DNA of 32,000 bases from Nitrosopumilaceae archaeon. Lineage in GTDB: Archaea; Thermoproteota; Nitrososphaeria; Nitrososphaerales; Nitrosopumilaceae. The notes below the pieces were generated by a model, which was not told the origin of the DNA, made no database searches, and was given only the letters and a program-made list of their open reading frames with translations. The DNA is taken from assembly GCA_035631875.1 (NCBI GenBank), contig DASQHX010000001.1, positions 5,655 to 37,654 of the forward strand, in the 5' to 3' direction. Positions 25,425 to 32,000 of this stretch are shown here, piece by piece (within the stretch, counting starts at the first letter, position 1; every line of letters begins with the position of its first letter). A program made the position numbers and the translations under genes.

Positions 25425-26315
25425 ATGCAAATCCAAGATTACATCAGTGCTGGAAAGATTGCATCGCAAGTAAGAGAAAATGCAAGAAAAAAAGATCATG
25501 TCGGGTCTACGTTATTTGAGATTTGCGAGTCAATAGAAAAAGAAATTATTCAAAAGGGTGGCAAGTGTGCCTTTCCAGTTAATACCAGTCTAAATGAGAT
25601 AGCAGCTCACTATACCGCAGAGCCAAATGACCAGAGAGCAATCAGTGAAACAGATTTGTTAAAAATTGATCTTGGAGTACAGATTAACGGATACATAGCA
25701 GATACTGCAGTAACTGTATGCTATGATCCCAAGTTTGATTTTCTAATACAAGCAGCAGAAGCTGCACTAAAGGATGCAATATCAATCATAAAAACAGGTA
25801 CAAAATCAAGCGATGTTGGAAAAACAATAGAAAACACAGTAAAACAGATGGGCTGTCAACCAATAGCAAATCTCAGCGGTCATTCCTTAGAACAATACAC
25901 TATTCATGCTGGAAAATCAATACCAAATATTTGGTCCATAGGATCTTTTTCGTTTTCGCCTACCGAAGCTTACGCGTGTGAGCCATTTGTTACAACAAAA
26001 GAAGGGTTAGGATTTGTACGCGAGGGTAAAACAAGAAACATCTTTTCACTTATCACTAGAAAAAGAACAAAGGATGCAGAAGCTGATAAGCTTGCTGATC
26101 ACATATGGGAAAAATTTAACATGTTGCCATTTGCATTAAGATGGCTTATTCCAACTTGGGAAGAGAAAAATGCTAGAATTTTGTTAGAGAAACTTGTTAA
26201 AAACAAGGTAGTAAGATCATATCCTGTATTAACTGAGGCAAATGGTGAAAGAGTAGCACAGGCAGAGCACACATTCATACCTCAAGAAAATGGAATAACA
26301 GTTACTACACTCTAG
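25425..26315 (+). CDS. map: Methionine aminopeptidase, type II
   Basis: 'NEIAAHYTAEPND...LLKIDLGVQINGYIADTAVTVCYD', 'NLSGHSLEQYTIHAGKSIPN', 'EPFVTTKEGLGFV', 'QAEHTF'. Start probably ATG 25425 (MQIQDYISAGKIASQ), preceded by a TATA-like element. Confidence 0.92.
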   Translation: MQIQDYISAGKIASQVRENARKKDHVGSTLFEICESIEKEIIQKGGKCAFPVNTSLNEIAAHYTAEPNDQRAISETDLLKIDLGVQINGYIADTAVTVCYDPKFDFLIQAAEAALKDAISIIKTGTKSSDVGKTIENTVKQMGCQPIANLSGHSLEQYTIHAGKSIPNIWSIGSFSFSPTEAYACEPFVTTKEGLGFVREGKTRNIFSLITRKRTKDAEADKLADHIWEKFNMLPFALRWLIPTWEEKNARILLEKLVKNKVVRSYPVLTEANGERVAQAEHTFIPQENGITVTTL

Positions 26316-26497
26316 GCACTAACTTCGCCAAAAATTTTGGTAATTGACATCTGACCTTTACATGATGAACATGTATCAGTTTTTTTAAATACGTAATCAC
26401 CATCTCTGAATTTTCGTTTTAAAATTGTGTTACATGAATTGCATTGCTCTATAGTATATGGTGCAATGATCTCTTCTTTTTTTCTTTTAAATTTCAT
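26312..26497 (-). CDS. Small zinc-ribbon protein
   Basis: 61 aa with 'CNSCNTILKRKF' and 'CSSCKG'; overlaps the upstream gene by 4 nt. Confidence 0.65.
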   Translation of the reverse strand: MKFKRKKEEIIAPYTIEQCNSCNTILKRKFRDGDYVFKKTDTCSSCKGQMSITKIFGEVSA

Positions 26498-27615
26498 TGC
26501 GAAACTCCAAGAGTGTTTCCCACTCCAATTACTAGGACAGATTGACCTGGTTTTGCATTATCTTTAATCATTTCATGTATTTGTGACGTTACCTTTTCTG
26601 CAGAGTCCGCAATTTCTTTTTTCATAAGCGTGATGGCTTCTTTGATTGATTGTTTTATTACAATAGCATAAATAGGAATTTTGTATTTTGTTGCAACCTC
26701 TTCAATTTGATATCTATCAGTACCAATTCCCCCAATTGCCGCACCAAATCCTTGTGTTACAGTACCAGAATCTTCTCCTTCTAGTTTTAATGCTGCATCA
26801 ACCATTACTATTACATCAGGTTTACTTTCAGATATAATTCTCTCTAATGCATCACCTGGTCTTCCAACTGTTGCAGATGGTCCTTCGGCCTTCATCAGAT
26901 AGAGTTTTCTTCCCTCGAATTCTTTTTCGCTCCACACTGTTTCAAATGCAGCAGTTTTCTTTTCTGTTCCAATCATCATCTTTCCAACAATCATTGGTCC
27001 TATCCCATCACCTATTGGTTGACCTTGTTTAAAGGCAGAAACAGCACCCTTTAGCGCCTCTGCTTCTTCCATGATAAATGGCATCATCATTTGTAATGGC
27101 AAAATGAGCGGAAAATTATTTTGTTTTTTTGCTGTAAGATAAAGGTGTCTTACCATTTTGTAAAACAAGTGCAAAGTAGTAACCGCTTCCAGAATGTTTT
27201 CTATTTTACTTGCGTCCATCGAGTTCATTTCTGATGAAATTGTTTTTACTTGCAATCTAGTATAATCCTCACGTGAACGCATGATGTGTCTGATTTTCTG
27301 AATAATTCCATTGGGATCCATATCAACTGGCATTATTGTAAAATATTCAAGATACCTGTCGATTTTTGCAGATGGATCTGTTGTTGGTTTTATTGTAGTT
27401 TTTATGTAATCTAGTAATTCTTTTCTTGTATCTTCTTTGAACGTCTTTAGTTTTTCAAGCGATTTGTTGATTTCAGATGATGTTATTTGTAACTGAATCC
27501 TTTGACCATAAAACATGAAGATTACTATCGGTACAATCCACACAAGCAACATCAGAGGATTAGAATTATCATTAAAGTTGAGGAGTTTGTCTACGTTAAT
27601 TCCTAGAAAATCCAA
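26494..27615 (-). CDS. DUF1512 family protein
   Basis: N-terminal TM 'LMLLVWIVPIVIFMFYGQ', then 'GIGPMIVGKMM', 'ALERIISESKPDVIVMVDAALKLEGEDSGTVTQGFGAAIGGIG', consistent with archaeal DUF1512. Confidence 0.8.
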   Translation of the reverse strand: MDFLGINVDKLLNFNDNSNPLMLLVWIVPIVIFMFYGQRIQLQITSSEINKSLEKLKTFKEDTRKELLDYIKTTIKPTTDPSAKIDRYLEYFTIMPVDMDPNGIIQKIRHIMRSREDYTRLQVKTISSEMNSMDASKIENILEAVTTLHLFYKMVRHLYLTAKKQNNFPLILPLQMMMPFIMEEAEALKGAVSAFKQGQPIGDGIGPMIVGKMMIGTEKKTAAFETVWSEKEFEGRKLYLMKAEGPSATVGRPGDALERIISESKPDVIVMVDAALKLEGEDSGTVTQGFGAAIGGIGTDRYQIEEVATKYKIPIYAIVIKQSIKEAITLMKKEIADSAEKVTSQIHEMIKDNAKPGQSVLVIGVGNTLGVSQ

Positions 27616-27697
27616 TGATAGAAAAGCTTGTTTTTACCAAATTAAATCTTTGTTAAAAACCATGATCATTTTTAACTTATAAAAACAATGAATTATA

Positions 27698-29143
27698 ATG
27701 AAAGCGGAAAATATAGGTGCTGAAATTCAGCGAATTGTACAATGCAGGGTACTTTGGGATAAACATAGTCGTGATTTTTATTCTGTTGACGCCAGCTCAT
27801 ATATTGTAAAACCACTGGTCATTGTTTTCCCAAGAAATGAAAATGATATTATTAAGATTCTAGGATTTGCCTCAAAAAAGAACATTCCAGTCACACCTCG
27901 TGGTGCTGGAACAGGTCTTGTCGGAAGTGCACTAGGCAAGGGAATAATTCTTGATTTGAAATATTTTGATAAAATCAAAACATATCCAAATTATGTGCAT
28001 GTGGGTTCAGGTCTCCTTAAGGGAACTCTTGATAAAAATTTAGAAAAAAATAACAAGTTTTTTGGGCCGGATCCGTCAGTTGGTCCATACTGTACAATTG
28101 GTGGGATGATTGCCACAAACGCAAGTGGTATTCATTCACTCAAGTATGGTAGTGTTATAGACAACTTGATTGGAGTAAGGATAATAACTTCAAATGGCAA
28201 AGCAATTAATTTTCCATCAAAATCACGGTTTGGTAACAAGATACTAAAAATTATAAATCACAATATTCAAAAAAAATTTCCTCGTGTATCAAAAAATTCT
28301 TGTGGTTATAGACTAGACAAAATCACAAAAAAAACAGACTTGCAAAAAATCGTTGCAGGTTCTGAAGGTACTTTGTGCATTATCATTTCTGCAAAGATAA
28401 AGATTTTACCACTACCAAAAAAGAAAATTCTAATCATATTATCATATAGAAATTTAGAACAAGCTGTAATTGATTCTGCAAAAATAGTAAAACTTGCACC
28501 TTCTGCACTGGAGTTAATAGATAAGAAAATAATTAAACACATTAAATTTGATTTTCCTATAGATACAGGATGTCTGTTATTTGTAGAGTTTGACAGTAAC
28601 ATTGAGAAAAGCAAGGCTAATCTTGGAGAGATAATCAAATCTGAAAGAATCATCAAAATTTTGACAAAAAAAGACGAAGTAAAAAAGTGGTGGAGTCTTA
28701 GAAATTCAGCACTAGGATTAAGTCTGAGAGGGATTACTCCAGATCAAAGTTTACCAACGTTAATTGAGGATGCTACAGTTTCTGTTGAGAAACTTGTTGT
28801 GCTTGTTGATATAATCAAAAAGATTTCAGAAAAATACAAGTTAGACATAATCACATACGGTCATGCTGGAAACGGCAACCTGCATATTAGACCTGTGATT
28901 AGAAACAAAAACAAAAAATTGATGAAAAAAATAGCTGCTGAATTTTTTTCCAAAGTAATAGCGACAGGCGGGAGCATAACAGGCGAACATGGAGATGGTC
29001 TTGCTAGATCAGAATTTGTAAAATTACAATATGGAAATTATATCTATTCTGTTTTTAAGAAAATAAAACAAGAGTTTGATCCAAAAAATATTTTAAATCC
29101 AGATAAGATAATCACCACAAAAAGCAGTATGATAAAAATTTGA
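27698..29143 (+). CDS. FAD-binding/FAD-linked oxidase C-terminal family oxidoreductase (GlcD / D-lactate dehydrogenase-like)
   Basis: 'PVTPRGAGTGLVGSALGKGIILDL', 'GPDPSVGPYCTIGGMIATNASGIHSLKYGSVIDN', 'GHAGNGNLHIRP', 'GGSITGEHGDGLARSEF'. Confidence 0.93.
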   Translation: MKAENIGAEIQRIVQCRVLWDKHSRDFYSVDASSYIVKPLVIVFPRNENDIIKILGFASKKNIPVTPRGAGTGLVGSALGKGIILDLKYFDKIKTYPNYVHVGSGLLKGTLDKNLEKNNKFFGPDPSVGPYCTIGGMIATNASGIHSLKYGSVIDNLIGVRIITSNGKAINFPSKSRFGNKILKIINHNIQKKFPRVSKNSCGYRLDKITKKTDLQKIVAGSEGTLCIIISAKIKILPLPKKKILIILSYRNLEQAVIDSAKIVKLAPSALELIDKKIIKHIKFDFPIDTGCLLFVEFDSNIEKSKANLGEIIKSERIIKILTKKDEVKKWWSLRNSALGLSLRGITPDQSLPTLIEDATVSVEKLVVLVDIIKKISEKYKLDIITYGHAGNGNLHIRPVIRNKNKKLMKKIAAEFFSKVIATGGSITGEHGDGLARSEFVKLQYGNYIYSVFKKIKQEFDPKNILNPDKIITTKSSMIKI

Positions 29144-29151
29144 TTAGTGTA

Positions 29152-29478
29152 TTATTTTATTTTTGTTCCAAGTGGTACTTCTTCATTTACTGTTAGCCAG
29201 AACGGTTTATCGTTTACATCTGCGGCCAAAAGCATTGCATTTGATTCAAATCCCGCAATCTTTCGTGGTTCTAGATTTGCAATAACAACCACCGTCTTAC
29301 CAACTAGATCTTCTGGTTGATAATATTCTGCACCGCCAATTATTACTTCACGCTTTTCTTCTCCTAAATCTATGATTCCTTTAATAATCTTCGATTTTCC
29401 AAGTATTTTTTCGGTGCCAAGTATTTTGGCTATACGAATATCGAGTTTAGCAAAATCATCATATGTAATATTTGGCAC
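29152..29478 (-). CDS. tRNA-binding-domain (OB-fold) protein, MetG C-terminal/CsaA-like
   Basis: 'DFAKLDIRIAKILGTEKI...REVIIGGAEYYQPEDLVGKTVVVIANLEPRKIAGFESNAMLLAA'. Confidence 0.88.
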   Translation of the reverse strand: MPNITYDDFAKLDIRIAKILGTEKILGKSKIIKGIIDLGEEKREVIIGGAEYYQPEDLVGKTVVVIANLEPRKIAGFESNAMLLAADVNDKPFWLTVNEEVPLGTKIK

Positions 29479-29638
29479 ACCAAGGATAATTTTATCACAT
29501 TAAAATTGATTTCGAAATTATGAAACAATTTTCTAATAACCTCAAAATTAAGGATTGACCCGTTAAAAGTTCCAGTTAAACGTGAGAATAATAAGTTAAT
29601 TTAATAACTATCAAAATCAAAAATAGGTAGGACGTAAT

Positions 29639-30817
29639 ATGAGTAGTGTACAAAAAGAGATTGTAACTAGACATTCAAAATCTCTTTCAGTTGTTGTACC
29701 CACTTATAATGAATCTAAAAATATTGTGGGCATACTAGATTCTTTATGTAAACATCTACCTATTGATACAGATACTGAGATCATAGTAGTTGATGACAAT
29801 TCACCAGATGGTACTGGAAATATAGTTGAAGAATATGCAAAAAATTCTAAAAGGGAAAATACCCAATCTGTTCAAGTCATACATAGAAAAACTGAACGTG
29901 GATTGAGTTCTGCAATTCTTGCTGGCATCAGCTGTGCCAAAGGTGAATCAGTTGTTGTAATGGATAGCGATTTCTCACATCCTCCACAAACAATTCCAAA
30001 AATGATAGAGGAGCTTCACAAATCCGAATGCGATATAGTAGTAGCATCGAGATATGTCGATGGTGGTTCTGTAAAAGGATGGCCGTTTAAAAGAAAAATA
30101 ATAAGCAAAGGAGCGACCAAAATTGCTCAACATGGATTAGGAATAAAAATCAAAGATCCAATGTCGGGTTTTTTTGCATTCAAACGCAGTATTATTAATA
30201 ATATCAAGTTTGATGCCATGGGATACAAAATACTTTTAGAAATACTTGTAAAAACACGAGGAGTAAAAGTAAAAGAGATCCCATATGAATTCATTAATCG
30301 TAAAGAAGGTTCAAGCAAACTAGATACAGCTGTAACTATTGATTATGTCAAATCATTATGGAGTCTATACCGTTATGGTAAAACCATCCGTGAAAAAGAA
30401 AAAAGAATTTCTGTACGTTTTCTCTCAAAAGCTGGAAGATTCTATACAGTAGGTGCCTCAGGTTTACTGGTAAACTATTTAGTTTCATTTCTTTTTGGAG
30501 TAGTTCTATCTAACTTATGGTACATCTATGCAACCATGATAGGAATTGTATTTTCTATGACATCAAACTTTATTCTAAATAAAGTGTGGACTTTTGAGGA
30601 TAGAGACTTTGATCTTAAAAAAACTCTAAAGCAATACGGATTATTTTTGGGCTTTAGTGGAATAGGTGCAATATTTCAGATTTTCATGATTTACGTTCTA
30701 GTAGAATCAAGACACTTGAATTATTCTATTGCATTGTTTGTAGCAGTAGTTATTGCATCTGTTGGAAATTTCATCTTAAACAAAAGATGGACTTTCGAAG
30801 AAAAAGTTTGGAGTTAA
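29639..30817 (+). CDS. Dolichol-phosphate mannosyltransferase-like GT2 fused to GtrA-like membrane domain
   Basis: 'SVVVPTYNESKNIVGILDSL', 'IIVVDDNSPDGTG', 'VVMDSDFSHPPQTIP', then four-TM GtrA-like region containing 'NFILNKVWTF' and 'NFILNKRWTF'. Confidence 0.92.
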   Translation: MSSVQKEIVTRHSKSLSVVVPTYNESKNIVGILDSLCKHLPIDTDTEIIVVDDNSPDGTGNIVEEYAKNSKRENTQSVQVIHRKTERGLSSAILAGISCAKGESVVVMDSDFSHPPQTIPKMIEELHKSECDIVVASRYVDGGSVKGWPFKRKIISKGATKIAQHGLGIKIKDPMSGFFAFKRSIINNIKFDAMGYKILLEILVKTRGVKVKEIPYEFINRKEGSSKLDTAVTIDYVKSLWSLYRYGKTIREKEKRISVRFLSKAGRFYTVGASGLLVNYLVSFLFGVVLSNLWYIYATMIGIVFSMTSNFILNKVWTFEDRDFDLKKTLKQYGLFLGFSGIGAIFQIFMIYVLVESRHLNYSIALFVAVVIASVGNFILNKRWTFEEKVWS

Positions 30818-30841
30818 TCCTGCAATGGTAAACAACCAAAT

Positions 30842-32000
30842 ATGCCTACATTAAAAATATCAAGTCTACTTTTTAGAAGAATTAGTCGCGTCTCAATTAT
30901 TTTTCTTCTAATTCCGTTAACGCTATCTGCATTTACACATTTGTGGAATCCAGTAGGCTTCCCAGATATTTTCTATGACGAAGGAGTATACATGTACAGA
31001 GCGATGAATGTTTTAGCAGGTCTAGGACCGCAAACTAATACCTTCCATGATCATCCGTTTTTTGGACAGTTTTTCTTGGCAGGTGCATTATCTTTAACAG
31101 GTTATCCAGATTCGCTTCATCCCAAACCTGATGCGCATTCTATAGAAATGCTCTATCTAGTTCCACGAATATTGATGGGTTTACTAGCAGTATTGGATAC
31201 TTTTCTGATATTCAAGATCTCAGAGCGTTGTTATTCAACAAAAGTTGCTTTTTTAGCTTCAATCTTGTTTGCTGTCATGCCAATAACTTGGCTTGTGAGA
31301 AGAATATTGTTAGATTCCATATTACTCCCATTTCTGTTGACATCCATACTTTTTGCAGTTTATACAAAAAATTCTCAACATAGTAAATTGTTTACCGTGA
31401 TTTCTGGGATTTTACTTGGAATTGCTATTTTTACAAAAGAAACCGCATTTGTCATGATTCCAGTAGTGGCAATTCTGCTGTATCAGAACACAAAGAGTAG
31501 AAAAACTCTTGTGTTGTGGTTCATACCAGTAATTTTGATACCATTATTATGGCCCGCTCAGAGCATCGCCGATAATCAATTCCACAAATTCGTTGCTGAT
31601 GTCTTGTTTCAAGTCCACAGGCAAAATAACAACTTTGTAAATATTGTAGGAAATTTTGCTGGTTATGATCCAGTCTTGCTAATATTAGGTATAACTGGAA
31701 CTGTTTATGCTGCCATAAAAAGAGATTCCATGATTTTGTTGTGGATAATTCCATTTGTGATATTCCTTGTTTCAATAGGCTATGTCCAATATTTTTATTG
31801 GATTCTCATATTACCTGCATTTTGTATTGCGTCATCCAAATTCATAATAGACAAATTAGAGACCGTAAAGAAAAACAATCAACAAATTGTTACATTTTCC
31901 ATAATAGCTAGCATATGCATTTTTGGATTTACTATGTCAACGTTATTAATTACTACAAATATTTCAGGCCAATTTGAAGCTGCAGCATACGTTATTCAAA
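30842..32000 (+). CDS. Multi-pass glycosyltransferase (GT39/PMT/ArnT-like), truncated by right window edge
   Basis: Not in the ORF track because no stop is reached. Translation from ATG 30842: MPTLKISSLLFRRISRVSIIFLLIPLTLSAFTHLWNPVGFPDIFYDEGVYMYRAMNVLAG..., with luminal 'YDEGVY' after TM1 and many TM helices. Confidence 0.85.
   Translation, partial: MPTLKISSLLFRRISRVSIIFLLIPLTLSAFTHLWNPVGFPDIFYDEGVYMYRAMNVLAGLGPQTNTFHDHPFFGQFFLAGALSLTGYPDSLHPKPDAHSIEMLYLVPRILMGLLAVLDTFLIFKISERCYSTKVAFLASILFAVMPITWLVRRILLDSILLPFLLTSILFAVYTKNSQHSKLFTVISGILLGIAIFTKETAFVMIPVVAILLYQNTKSRKTLVLWFIPVILIPLLWPAQSIADNQFHKFVADVLFQVHRQNNNFVNIVGNFAGYDPVLLILGITGTVYAAIKRDSMILLWIIPFVIFLVSIGYVQYFYWILILPAFCIASSKFIIDKLETVKKNNQQIVTFSIIASICIFGFTMSTLLITTNISGQFEAAAYVIQ

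Noticed and set aside
1-32000. CRISPR array, transposon/IS or integrated element
   Set aside because: No regularly spaced direct repeats, transposase/integrase motifs or terminal inverted repeats were seen. The tRNA-Pro is intact with housekeeping genes on both sides and no obvious 3'-end duplication.

Overview
The window is gene-dense chromosomal sequence from an archaeon. Gene content and style (CofC/CofD, aIF1, Sec61-beta, DUF2070, 'IPPWIKN-AGWW' repeat proteins, TATA-led largely leaderless genes) suggest an ammonia-oxidising Thaumarchaeota/Nitrososphaeria relative such as Nitrosopumilus or Nitrosarchaeum; that assignment is inference. Main content: a polysaccharide-deacetylase-like protein (cut at the left edge); a co-directional coiled-coil / JAMM / zinc-ribbon / small-protein gene string; a peptide-type ABC importer (SBP-permease-permease, no ATPases in window); a PD-(D/E)XK nuclease-like protein; DUF2070; a short Sec61-beta gene missing from the ORF track; aIF1; a CAAX-protease-like protein; CofC/CofD; RNase P RNA; an APC permease with a Usp-like tail; Tsr3; a 1158-aa secreted Lamin-tail/Ig-like repeat protein; a fluoride exporter (CrcB/DUF190); tRNA-Pro; MetAP; DUF1512; an FAD-linked oxidase; a tRNA-binding-domain protein; a DPM1-GtrA fusion; and a glycosyltransferase cut at the right edge. 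The strongest unlisted elements are (1) a fluoride-riboswitch-like aptamer upstream of crcB with a perfect 9-bp alternative hairpin that overlaps its 3' core but has no U-tract, (2) RNase P RNA at 16424..16706 (-), and (3) the 54-aa Sec61-beta gene with an ATGA overlap to DUF2070. I found no mobile elements, CRISPR arrays or obvious defence island. All family names come from recognition of sequence motifs by eye; no searches were run.
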